Source: Camelus dromedarius (taxonomy: Eukaryota). From it: a stretch of 64,000 bases of DNA. Shown here piece by piece: positions 38,201 through 50,483 of the stretch. Numbering within the stretch: the stretch's first letter is position 1; every line of letters starts with the position of its first letter. Made by a program: the position numbers and the translations under genes. The notes under the pieces are model-generated. The model worked only from the letters and a program-made list of their open reading frames with translations. It was not told where the DNA came from and did no database searches. The stretch covers positions 4,712,001 through 4,776,000 of the forward strand of contig NC_087437.1 of the NCBI RefSeq assembly GCF_036321535.1. Direction: 5' to 3'.

Positions 38201-38290
38201 TTATTTATTTTGGTTTGAGAATTTAATCCATTAGTATTTAAAGTAATTATTGATACATATGTCCTTATTGCCATTTTATTGTTTTCCAGC
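35288..38290 (-). mobile_element. ~3 kb L1 remnant, sense to HACL1, in intron 16
   Basis: Continuous reverse L1 ORF2/3'UTR; ORF 37361-37684 resembles L1 RT ([16 protein letters not shown]). Confidence 0.9.
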
Positions 38291-38779
38291 TGTCCTATAG
38301 TTCCCCTTGGTTCCTTTCACCAAAATCCTTAGTATCTGTTTTTACAGAAACAGAATTTCAGTAGAATTCTATATATTTTATAGTTTCCAAATTTGCTAAT
38401 TTACATTTCATTCATTGTCCAGGTGTCCATTTGCCCATCTGTCCACTGTCTTGTTCAAAAAAAGAAAAAATCTTAACAGCAGATATGTGTATAAAGAACC
38501 AAGACAGAAACTACTTCGAAAAAATTATTGTGCTGAAAACAGCACCTGAAATGCAAGGTGTAAGCGTGGAGGACAGGAATATAAGAGAAAGCAAGTACCG
38601 GGACCAGGACCCGAGCACAAAGTTAAGTATGAACAGCATCTTAATCTGGGCTTGGAGAGGAACATACTACACACTGTCATTTATCTCACTGCTATCATCC
38701 ACATTGTGGTTTTGCTTTAGAGGCCGAAGTAACTAACTGTGAATGTAACCGCACAAATCACCCTATTAGAGTCTCACCT

Positions 38780-39200
38780 CCACTGTGCCTCCTCTACCCT
38801 CTGCCCTCCAGCCACGCTGGCCTTCTTGCAACTCCTCGGACTTGTGTGCTCCCTCCTGCCACAGGGTCTTTGCACATCTCTTGCCTCTTTGCTGAGTTTG
38901 CCCCTACCTATCCTTCATTTAAGCATCATTTCCTCTGAGAAGCCTTCCCTGTGACCTCAGTATAAATCTGATTGTTTTGTTTTTCGTTCATTCAGAGCTG
39001 GGTTTCTTTCCTTCAGAGAAACTGCCTCATTCTGTTGTGACACATTCAGTTGAGAGGTGACTCGTCTGTACTTCTCTCCTGTTGGACAGTAAACTCCATG
39101 AGGTGAGGGCTGAGTCTGGCTTTGCTCACCATGCTATTCTTAGCACCTGACACAGCACACCTAACACACATCTCAATAAATATTCATTGAACAAACAAAT
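38780..39200. mobile_element. L2 LINE remnant
   Basis: AAACTCCATGAGGTGAGGG...CTCAATAAATATTCATTGAAC L2 3' end. Confidence 0.6.
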
Positions 39201-39319
39201 CAAAGTGCTAAGTTCAGAAATGGTTTAGAAAGAACTCTGTAAATTACAGGGTGTTCTATGAGGTAGATACTTTTGGGGGTGGGAGGGGAGATGCATTTCT
39301 GCTTAGCAATTGCCTTTAC

Positions 39320-39506
39320 CTGGGCCTTCCGCATGGCCTGTGGCTCAATCATGATGTTGATGAGAGAGGGTTTAGTTGTGTCTTCCAGGCTCTGCCTCAG
39401 GGATTTCTGCAGTTCTTCTGGTGTTTGTACAAAATACCCTTTGCCTCCAAATGCAGTCATGACCTGCTCATAATGTGAGTGTGGCAGAAGACACATCGGA
39501 GGGGCT
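39320..39506 (-). CDS. HACL1: HACL1 exon 16, [62 protein letters not shown]
   Basis: AG/GT boundaries, 187 nt. Confidence 0.97.
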
Positions 39507-39644
39507 CTGTAAAAGGAGGTCACAAGTTAAGAAAAAAGTCATTCTCTGAAATAATTCATGGAAAAATTTTGACTGAACAGAAAGATACTTTTCTGCAAAC
39601 CGAGATGCCGGTACATTAAACGTCCCATACATTTTGTCTTGTCT

Positions 39645-39835
39645 ATATGGCAACATCCAATAGAACTTTCTGTGATGATGGAAATTTTTTACCTGTGCTG
39701 CCCAGTACAGTGGCCACTGGTGACCTGTTGTGGTGAGCACCTGAAATGTGACTAGTTAAAAAGAGGAAGTGAATTTTTAATCTAACTTAAATAGACACAT
39801 GTGCCTAGTGATTACTAAACTGCACAGTGCAGGCT
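39645..39835. mobile_element. MER3-like DNA transposon
   Basis: TCCAATAGAACTTTCTGTGATGATGGAAAT...CACCTGAAATGTGACTAGT. Confidence 0.7.
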
Positions 39836-40416
39836 ACACCGTCAACTATTATGAAACCCCTCAAAAGAGAGGAAAAAAAGGGATGTTGACTACAAAACAG
39901 TAAGCAAAACAACAAATGAAGTCAGCGAGGCCTAGGTAAGCACGCCCGCTCCCTTGCAGCGGACTCAGATTCACAGCCCTCGTAGCCCACAGCCGGCCAC
40001 ACTGCTGTCTCAGTTTGCCTCTGTCAACAGATAATCAAGACTGAGCCAAGTGGTAAAAGGAAACATTTCTGTATCGTAAGTAATATTTAAGCATCCATAT
40101 TCCTACGTGGTGCAGTAGGAACAGCAGGACTGGAAGCATTTTGCTATAAGCCCTTTCATTAACAAGGCTTAGAGATCAAACTCATTCACCCAAGTCTTCA
40201 GTGGCTTCCTGATCATAAACTCTTTATTGAAGTGCCCAATCAACACTGGATGTGCAAAAACCAACCATGCAGAGCGGGTTCCTGCCCTTCAGAGGGGCTG
40301 ACCGTGCAGGCAAGCAACACTTACACCCGGTAAGCACATTCCAATACAGCGAACTTTTTAAAGAGAGATTAAAATAGATGAAAAAAAGTAAATATACATT
40401 GTTCTGGGTTACTTAC

Positions 40417-40524
40417 GCTGTAGTAGCATCTCTAGATTTTAACATTTCCTTCCAAGTATCTGTATCCAAACCTTGGTAAATTCCGTTATTATTCACCACC
40501 AAAAGTATGATTGGCAAGTTGTAC
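40417..40524 (-). CDS. HACL1: HACL1 exon 15, [35 protein letters not shown](A); NN end of the ThDP motif
   Basis: AG/GT boundaries, 108 nt. Confidence 0.96.
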
Positions 40525-41319
40525 CTAAAATTGAGAGCAAAATACAAAGGAAATCATTCATCATTCTAAGGCAATTTCTTTTCATGGGACTGAAATTTTA
40601 ACTTGGAAAATGGATAGTTTTCTATCAGCATTTTTGTAATATTAGGGGAAGACTGAAAATTAAGCATTTGTTATCCTAATAAAGACTATGAAATCATTAA
40701 CAGAAATATCATGGGGTCGTAGAAAGAATGCCAGATTTGGGGCTGGCAGACCTGGTTCTGCCACTGTGCAGTTATGGACCTCGGGCAAATCACCAAGCTT
40801 TCCTGAACCTTGGTTTTCATAGATCCCGTTGTCAGTAAGAATGACACTTTCCATACTTAATACCCTCTCAAGCACCTAGATTATCTCATTTGTTCCTCAC
40901 AACTGTCCTCTAAGGTAGGAACTAGTAAGGTACGTATCCCCACTTTAGAGGAGACTGGTCAAGCCAGTGTTTAAATCCAGGCCACCTGCCCCAGAGGCCA
41001 TGCTCTTAGCCATCAAGCTCTGCTATCTCCCTGCAGAAAACAAGCTTTTTTCAGACCAGAATGTTTTCTTCAGTGACCTCAAAACTACCCCCGCCAGTGT
41101 GGTGAGTTTCTGGCATGCGGTAAAGAGGTATGAACACACTGTCCTGGATAAAAGAGACCCTCGGGTTATTTATACTAGCGTCCTCAGGACACAGCACAGT
41201 GCAGAGAACAGGGCACCTGGCACAGGGTGAATGCTTGGTGTTTGCTAGGCTAGTGGGACTTGTGTGTGATTTTTCATATTCTGGAGAAAGAGATGCTCTG
41301 ATTCAGGATGCTGTTTTAC

Positions 41320-41478
41320 CTGCAGATGGTTTCCACTTCCATGCCGGAAAACCCAAATGCACTGTCCCCTTCCACACAGATGACCCGCTGCCCTGGGCTT
41401 CTATCTTTTGCCACTATGGCAGCTGCAATGGCAAACCCCAAACCGACTCCCATTGTTCCAAAAGTACCAGCATCAAGC
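41320..41478 (-). CDS. HACL1: HACL1 exon 14, [52 protein letters not shown](R); ThDP-binding GDS motif
   Basis: AG/GT boundaries, 159 nt. Confidence 0.97.
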
Positions 41479-41898
41479 CTGTTGGGAAACAAAGCGAAAA
41501 TGAAACCCTCTGGGGCATGTCACAGATGGTGGGGTTGGCACAAATCTATTCAGTCACATGGCTTGTGGAAAAATAAAGAATAAAAACACCGTCTTTAGTG
41601 TAAAGTTTTAGACTGTAAGGAACTAATTTGTCAAAGATAAGCAGAACGAGCAGGAAAAATCACTGACTGCTTGGAAGACTGTGAACGCGTCCTCAGAACA
41701 CCTGGTGTACAAGTTATCGCATGATCTCGAGGCCATACCAAGGATAAAAACTCTACAAAACCCCACCTAAGAATACTTTAAGAAATACGTCCTTATACGC
41801 TGGACATAGATAATTCTCAAATGTTTTATTAATCTGCTTTTTGTAGTTTCAAATTTAACACATTCTCATCATCAGAATTCCTTTTTTGGAAGCTGTAC

Positions 41899-42053
41899 CT
41901 GTGCCGAGGAAGGTAGTTCTGAAGCACAGTGCGTCCAATATCCATAGTGTTTGCTCCTTCACTCACCACAAAACAGTCTCTGGGTAGCTGATCTTGAACA
42001 TGGTAGAATACTGTGTAATAATTCATAGGCAGGGAGTTTTGGGAAGCTAATTC
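41899..42053 (-). CDS. HACL1: HACL1 exon 13, [51 protein letters not shown](R)
   Basis: AG/GT boundaries, 155 nt. Confidence 0.97.
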
Positions 42054-43912
42054 CTAAAGCATTAGAGGGAAATACAATCAAATCAGATTGACATAACAAT
42101 AAAAATAAACAGTGTCACTAAATACTTTCAAACTTACTAGGACACAGGCAACAAACAAGTTAAGAGATTCCCAAGTGGCCTCCAGAGGGCCCCTGAGAAG
42201 CCGCTGATCCGTGCACAGTCCCGGGGGGCACGCTAAGAAGAACAGGGCCCACAGTCCCAGTGTGGGACACAATCAAGTAAGCCAGGAAATGTCCCTCTTC
42301 CTGGAGATCCACAGCACACACTAGCATCTTAAAGACCAAGACGTCTGGAAGTACTGGGTTAAACAAGACTAAACAGTCCTTCTTATCTGAGCACTCTCAG
42401 GAAAACGCTGCCTCAGAAAAAGTGAAATTTCTATTCTAGAATATTTTCATCTAAAATATGGCCCTATGCTTAAAAAAATGAAGTTGGGTTTTAGAAAATC
42501 TGAAAATCTGGGTCTTCCGCACACGCACTGGAGAATAAAGGGGATATGCTTCACCCTCCACCCTGAATGGATGGAAAACAGCAAGGTAAATGCCCGTGTC
42601 TGGCTGACACCTTTCCGCGCTGAGAGAAGGCCACATGGGCTCTCGCAGCAAAGCCCCATCTGGTCCCAGCACGGCCTCTCCACCTGTGCTAGTCCGGTCC
42701 ACTGGAGGTTATACCCACGATGGATGAGGGGCCCTCCTATACTCCTGCACCAGAGAAGAGAGGCAAGAGCCTTCCATCCTACACTAAGGTGATTCCTACG
42801 GAAAAAAGAAGGAATTAATCACGATACCACTCAGGAAATAGAACTGAGACTGGCTCTTGATAGGAGAAACAGTCATTGATTAAAATTTCAATGAAAGAAT
42901 CATGTATAAACCAACGCTACTTGTTTTGAAAATGTGAATTTATTCCAAGACAAGTGATGTATTAGGGAACAATATGAGCATAACCGGAATTTCCTATTTG
43001 CTTATGCACGACTCCGTCGATGAGAAAACCACACTCAGCTGAATCAAGATGCACGGGAATACACAAAACGGAGGAAAAAATCAGAAACATCTTTCCTCAC
43101 AATCAAAGCAAAAACACTATCTATATACAAAGACTTTAAACAGAAATTGCCAAATCCTGCAGAAGCGGCTCATTTCAGGGCTAAGAGTGGACGGTTTGGT
43201 GGTTTCACCCATTACTACAATTTCCAAAGCCTTCAGCTATCGGGCAAAGCCACGAGTGCAGTTGAGGAAATTACAAGATTCCAGCAGCGATACAAAAGTT
43301 ATTTGAAAAAGGAGGCTATAAACGTTCTCACCCAGAAAAAAGAAAAGAGAGAGAGATGCGAGGTGATGAGTGTGTGAATTAACTAGATGGGGAATTCCTT
43401 CCCAGTGGACATGAACGTCAGGGCACCATGATGCACCTTTAAGTATCTTACAGTTTTACATGTCAGTTTTACCTCAATAAGGCAGAAATTTTTTAAAAAG
43501 GCAACTATGTATTAGATCAGATTTTCAATTTTGATTAAACACCTGTCTATTATAAATGCATGCCCTGAAGGACTTACAACTTAAAGGTAGAAAAACGTGC
43601 CCCAGGATTTAAGGTTAATTGTGATTTGGTGCCAAGGTCAAACTGAGGACAGGGAGCCACAACCGTCCACATGGGCTCTGACAGCTGTCAGTGTCAGATC
43701 CCCTCCCTCCACACTTCCCAGGGACTCAGGGCTGCAGCCTTCCAATGCCCACTGCCACGAGAAGCGTCAGGTGCCATGTCTGCTGTGATACATGTATGAA
43801 TGGGTTGCGTGTAGGTATGTAATTGACTTCAGGAATGCATATGCCACGCTGTGACAGAACTAACTGAACTATGAACTTGAAGTGTCCTTGGGCTTCAGTG
43901 GGTCCGTCTTGC

Positions 43913-44014
43913 CTTGGATACAGCTTCATTGCTCTTCATCTTTTCTCTCAGAGTTTTCCACCACTTGCTCTCTGGAGGGTATTGCCATGGTGTTTTATCA
44001 AATTGTTCTAAAAG
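43913..44014 (-). CDS. HACL1: HACL1 exon 12, [34 protein letters not shown]; non-canonical GC donor
   Basis: Poly-T tract plus TAG acceptor; 102 nt; homology ends at AAG|GCAAGA. Confidence 0.93.
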
Positions 44015-44962
44015 CTAAAAAAAAAAAATCACAGAATTTTTTTTTCTTTTTTGAGAATAAACTTGTATCACATTAGCATAAAAATCTCTTCTTACAGAAA
44101 ACAGGACACCTCTCTCATCCTGCCCTTCACATCACTCATACTCCCTGCTTTCCTCTAGGCAGCAAACAACCAAGAGAAGACAAACAGATAACGTGTAAAG
44201 TTTTTGCCTGGTTCAGTGTAGACTTCTGCCAGATGCTGGGATTCCCGTAAGACAAAGCGGAAACGTTACCCCCTCCACACCCCACAGGCAGGGGGCTCTT
44301 AAGCCCTCCTCTGTTTTTGACACTAGAAGGAAAATACTCCACCATAGAACAGAACACTTGCCGGAAGGCTCAAGGCCCCAAATACCTAGGGATTCCCATG
44401 ATACAGACCAAACGCTCCAGAGTGTTTTAATACGTGACATGTATTATCATGATAATAATACCAACTTGTCTCCAAAACCAGGTTGACAAGTGTGCCTATA
44501 TTTTATCTCCTGTCACAGTGAAATGCATAAATTATGTACAAATAATAACAATCTGGATAAGTCGCTGATTATAGTTTGAAGAGCAAAAATCTCCTTTTTG
44601 CCTAAAGAAATACTAAGTTAAACTTTTTCCGGTACATAAAGCCGTTTCTTGGCTGTGAGCTCAGCTCCTCTGGGGGCTACGGCACAGTCCTTCAGGCGGC
44701 TGAATCAGTTTACTGACTGAATGCCTTTAAGTTTTCAGTTACCTTCCAAAAACGCTTAACTTACTTACACACAAATGTATATACAAGCAGTTGGATTTAC
44801 CAAGTTCCCTAGTTATGTTTAAGAATAGCTTTCCATCATAAATTTTGTTTCAAATAGTTATTAATAGACCTGTCATCAAGTGAATCAAGAAGGAAACATT
44901 TTCAAGAACTGACTTCCCTGAAGACCAATCGCATAAACTAAAACCCAGGCGAAAGCGCCTAC

Positions 44963-45046
44963 CTGTTCAGTGACAGCATTTATGTCTCCTAGCAAGGTCA
45001 CGGCAGGCCTTACATTATTTCCCAGCTCCTCTGCACAGATGTCAAC
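44963..45046 (-). CDS. HACL1: HACL1 exon 11, [28 protein letters not shown]
   Basis: AG/GT boundaries, 84 nt. Confidence 0.97.
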
Positions 45047-46373
45047 CTGAAAAAGAGACGAGGCTACAGAATGAGCCATGTCTATTCTTAAAAAATCTTT
45101 AAGACTTAAGACTGAATAAAGGGACTGTGTATGTGTAACATATGATAAAGATCTGATATTTAAGAAGTTCCTTAATAAAAGTAAAAATCCATGGAACTAC
45201 ATGAGCATCATGGCTAGTACAGAAGCCTCATTATCTTCCCTCATTTAAAAATACTCCGTAGAACTTTGGTATTGCTCTGTCATACCCACAGGAATGCATC
45301 TGACATGATCAACTCTGGTTCTGAGTCTAATCAATAGTAAGGTTCTTAATTGCACAGGAATTCCTAGTCAGAGAAGGAGTTCTCAAATTTGAGCATTTAA
45401 TAGAATCACCCGGTGGGCTTGTTAAGCCACAGACTGCAAGAGTCCACCTCGGAGTTTGACTTCAGCAGGTGGCCCGGGTGCTGCTGACGCCGCCGGCCCA
45501 GGAACCACGTGGTGGGGACCACTCCCAGGGCGCCGCGTGCCTGCTGCCCGTTTACTCAGACGCTGCATTTCTGCATGGCCATGGGCAAGCGAAAACAGCT
45601 TTTGCCAGAAGGAGTAATTCAGGCCCCCAAAGGGGGTGCCCTTTATTCTGTAACCAAGAGGGCAATCGAGAGGTGGCAGCATCTTCCACAGCAACCCAGG
45701 TCTCACCTGTTTGTGGTTTTAGTTTCCAGTAGCCCCAAGGGGAAAGGGACTATTAGAAGTTGACCCCTGAAGAAGTAAAAGGTAAACGGAGAAGACGGTA
45801 ACTGGGGCGGGGCCATCAAACCCCTCTACAAAATCTGCAGGGCCGACAGGTTTGCACGGCATGGTGCAGGCAGTACTCCCCACACTACTAAGGAAACCGG
45901 CTTATACAGAAGGCCACAAAGACGCAGGAGCCTGTTTCAAACGGTCTGTTTAATGACACAGATAAAACCAGCTTGTTTCTAGAGATTTCCAATCAAAGAG
46001 TGTTCGAAGGTTTGGGGATTCCCAACAATGCTGAGTGTTTTGTTCTAACCTACCATCCTACTTGAACCTCTTTTGTCTACCTTAGATACACCTGAACTAT
46101 GAAGAAGAGGCACATTATGCTTTTCAAACTGTTTAAGACTTGATTTTGAAAGGTATTCTGCGTAGAAGTAAAGTGGTATGTTATGTTTCACAGTCTTGAA
46201 AAGGCAGCTTACTTTGGTACCTATAATTATGCTAGACAATTTATAAAATCCTACTTTTATAAAAAGAAAAATGATTGTTCACAAAAGCCAAGAAGAGAGT
46301 GGAGCTGATAATGGCTGAGAAAAGAACAATAAACTCCAGACAGCTCTGACTGAAACCTCTCCTCTCTGAGTAC

Positions 46374-46479
46374 CTGGATAAACTTCACATCTGGCTGGTA
46401 TCTTGGAGGCAGTCCAAAATGCAAAATCCAATTTAATCTGGCCCCAAATAACACAATTACATCGGCAGACTGCAAAGCC
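46374..46479 (-). CDS. HACL1: HACL1 exon 10, [35 protein letters not shown]
   Basis: AG/GT boundaries, 106 nt. Confidence 0.97.
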
Positions 46480-47149
46480 CTATTGAAAAGAAAAATCTGA
46501 TGTAACATAAAAAGCATATCTACATTCTTACTTGAATTATTCTAAAATTAATTTCTAAAGCACTTGGAAAAGTGTAAATGATTTGCAGCTTACACTGATC
46601 TTCAGAATCAGCATATGTGGTAAGTTTGATCTTTCAAACTGAAATAATTTATGAAGCCATTCCATTTAAGTAGTAATCTAAAAGATGAATACGCACAGAA
46701 ACACTACCGTAAGGCTGTTCATATACTCTATTTCATTTATAATTTCTGATCATTAGAAAAATTAATACAGGTCTACTGTAGATAATCTGGAAAAAGCAGA
46801 AAAGTATAAAGGAAAAACCAAAATCACCCAATATTGTCAACTTATAAACCATTGTTAATATTCTGGCATATCTTCATCTAGTTTTTTTTCCTGCACACAC
46901 ACTTCTTTATAGTTGAATTTATATACTAAATACTGTCTCATGTACTTTTATCATAAACATTTTCCTTTGTCAATATGTTTTTCTTAAATACAAATTTCAA
47001 AGGCTACATCTTTTGCTGAACATATATTTCAAATTTATTTTGCCTTTCCTCAACTGCTGGATATTTTGTTTTTAATAGTACTGAGTTGCACATCTTTATT
47101 CTTGAATCTCAATACACACTTCAAGCTGATTCCTAGAAGCAGGTATTTT

Positions 47150-47541
47150 GTTTTTCTTTTAATAGACTATTTTTTTTTTTTTAGAGTAGTTTCAGGTTTA
47201 CAGCAGAATTGAGCAGAAAATACAGAGTTCCCACACAGCCCTCCCCATCCACACATATATACTTCCCTACCCTCAACATCCCTCATCAGGGTGGCATATT
47301 TGGTATAATCAATGAACCAACATGGACACATTATTATCAACCAAAGTCCATAGTTTACATTAGGGTTCACTTTTGATGTTGTACATTTTATGGTCTTTGA
47401 CAAATACATAATGACATGTAGCCACCACAATAGTATTATACAGAATCATTTCATGGCCCTAAAAATCCCTTGTGCTCCATCTATTCATTCCTCCCTCCCT
47501 CCCTCTCCCCAAACCCCTAGAAACCACCATCTTTTTATTGT
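47150..47541 (-). mobile_element. L1MC-like 3' end
   Basis: Reverse L1 3'UTR; perfect TSD TAGAAGCAGGTATTTT at 47134-47149 and 47542-47557. Confidence 0.8.
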
Positions 47542-48709
47542 TAGAAGCAGGTATTTTAAAAATGTAATTCATTTTCTTGAACTGCTTTCAAAAAATACTA
47601 CACCAAGTGTATTTCTAAGTTTTATATATCTTAGTATGTCTGTCCATGTAACTTCAGTTTTTAAATTTTACTCTGACATCCACTCTGATATTAACATAGC
47701 AATCAACCCTTGCTTTCTTTTTGTTTATCTCATATGTCTTCACTTGTTCTTAAGCTGTATCATTTTGTCTCCAATGTGGCTCTAATGCTATATATAACTG
47801 GCATTACTATCAATTCAATCTAAAGTTTCTGCCTTTTTTCAGGAAAATTTGTCATAACTGCTGTGGGTCTTGTCTTTTCTACTTCTCTGCTGTTTTCCCT
47901 TTTTTCTTATCTTTTTCCCAGAGAGGATCTCAGTTTTGCTTCTGTCTTCTGTGGTAGTTTATGATATTTGTCACAGAAATTCAGTTATCATTTCAAGTAT
48001 ATAGTCAAAAAAGCTATCTTCATATACTGTATTGAGCCTGTGGGACCAAATTTAACAGCTAGAAGTGAAAGGATAGACTCGCTTACAGACACTCTAAAAC
48101 CCTTGAAATCATTGATTCAATTATTTATAGCCCCTTGCAATCTTTTTTACACCATTAATGTCATTAATATTATTTTCTCAAAATTCAGCTGGAATAAAAA
48201 TAAACCAATTCAACCCAAGTAAAAGTATGTCAAAAAGAGTAGTAGTTAATTTGTGTACTGTACAATGAATGCTAATATGAAAAAAGTGAAAGTATAAGCT
48301 ATTAACTTCACATTAAATGGGCAACACTTAAAGACTGAGCAGCAAACATCACATTAAAAAAAACCTCAAAAGTAATTTCGGGCATGCAGGACAATATGAA
48401 AACTACCAAATGCGTAACAGTAGTGAACTCCTGTTTCTTCACGGAGGGAGGAAATGGAATCAGGAAAGATACACAGGGACTACAAATGAATCCGAAATTG
48501 TTTTTGTTTCTTTACCAAAAAAAAACCTTAAAGCAACAACATACTACTTAATATTGTGTTGTATCTGCTAAAGTTTACAGTGGTAGTTATATCAGTGTTC
48601 CTTAAATTATTCTCTAGTCTTATCTGTATATTTATAATATTTCATAATAAAAAAATTAAAAGAAAAATGTATGGTTAATCTAAAAGTGTGTTTTAAAAAT
48701 CTGGAAAGA

Positions 48710-50215
48710 GAAGACTTCCAGTGTCAGCCAAGATTGGGGACACCCACTCCAGCCGAGCTCTCCCACTGATGACAACGGAAAACCCTGAACAACTAGAAAA
48801 AGCAACTACCTGAGGCTTCTGCAAAGTAAACAACAGCAGGTGGCCCCGGAAGGGTCAAAGAAGTGACCCTTATGGGTGGCAACTCTCCAAGGTGTTCTCC
48901 TCCTTTATCTCCCAGCGGGGACTCACAGCAGTCCTGTTGCAGAAATAAAGGGCAGCAAAAACTTGGAGAGGAACCCTGTCTTTTTGGCCACAAGGTCAGG
49001 AAAAGGGACCCTGCAACACCCAAAGCACTGAATTCTTCCTTTTTCTCTGTTTTTCTCTCTCCCAGCTGTGCTCTGAGGGCAGCACAGAGGCACCGTGGGA
49101 GGCCCCAAGCAGCTAAAATTCCAAGAGAAACTTCATTTTTCAGGCAAGAGGAACCAGGAAAAGGGGCCCCTGTGGTCTGACGAGTATGGGGCACCCCCCT
49201 TACTTGTCATCTTTCTTCTTTTTTCTGCCACTTTGCCTCAAAGGCAGCCCCAGTTGTGTGGTGATGTAAGGTGGCAACAAAGGCCAGGAAAAGGGACTCT
49301 GTGCAGTGGGGGTGGACGGTGGGGTTGGCCTAAGAGAGAAAAGAAATCCCTAGTTCTGGATATGAACCAGCACAAGTCTGGGCTCACCCCTGGGCTGGGC
49401 ACGTGCAGACAGACCCAAAGGAGCACAGCAAAGGCTGTGAAAAGTGAATCCACCCTGGAACCAGGCCTCCAGCAAGTAAGACGGTATCTGCATGCAGTCT
49501 GAACCCAACCTGGCTAACTGCTTGCTAAAACAGACAAATCATTCTGCAGAGGGTTTCAATATGACCTAGAATTTCACGAAATAGTATTCGAAATTCTAGG
49601 ATGTAACTAATACAAAACTACTCAATACACAGAGCCAGAAAAATGTAACCAATTCAGAAGAAAATATAATGAATAGATACCAATTTTATTGATGACCCAG
49701 ATGACAGAACTAGTAGACAAACACTTTAAAGCAGCTATCATAATTAGGTCCCATAAGGTAAATAAAAATACTCTTGCAATAAATGGGAGGATTACAGCTC
49801 TCAGCAGAGAAACAGAAAATATAAAAGACAAAAAGACCGAAAAGACTTAAACAGTTTTTCAGGGACCTATGAGATAATATCAAGATGCCTAATATTTGTG
49901 TTACTCCAAAAAGGAGAGAGAGATTGGTGTAGAAAAGATATTTGAAGAAATAACAGCCAAAAACTTCCCAAATTTGGTGAAAGATATCAATATGCAGATT
50001 CAAAAAGATGAGAGAACCCCAAACAGGATAAACTAAAACAAAGTCATGTCCAGACACATCATAATCAAATTGCTAACCAAAGATAAAAAAAAAAAATCTT
50101 GAAAGGAGCCACAGAAAAACAACACATTACATAGAGGGGAACAGACTACAGAGTTCTCGTCTGAAACCATGAGGGTCGGGAGGCAGAGGACAGCACCTTT
50201 AATGTGCTGAAAAGC
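48710..50215 (+). mobile_element. Old L1 5'UTR/ORF1 remnant
   Basis: GAAAAGATATTTGAAGAAATAACAGCCAAAAACTTCCCAAATTTGG and CCAGACACATCATAATCAAATTGC are L1 ORF1 signatures. Confidence 0.75.
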
Positions 50216-50347
50216 CTAAGAAGAAACAGACGTACTTGCAATGACATGACTCTTTCAGAACGTCTCCTAGACTCATTAAAGTCACAGAAGACTTTACATC
50301 AGCCTAAAATCTGCCAGGCGCTGTGTTTAGAACCTGGAGCCACGTAC

Positions 50348-50483
50348 CTGGATCTGGCAGCGGCCACAGAGTTTGGATGGTTGTCTGGGATGACGCCCTT
50401 TCCCATGGGGGTGGGCAAAAATGGCAACCGACACTGCTCCACCAGTCTCCTGATGCCCTCCTCGGCGCGGGCGTAAGCAGCGC
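50348..50483 (-). CDS. HACL1: HACL1 exon 9, [44 protein letters not shown](R)
   Basis: AG/GT boundaries, 136 nt; LPTPMGKG motif. Confidence 0.96.
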
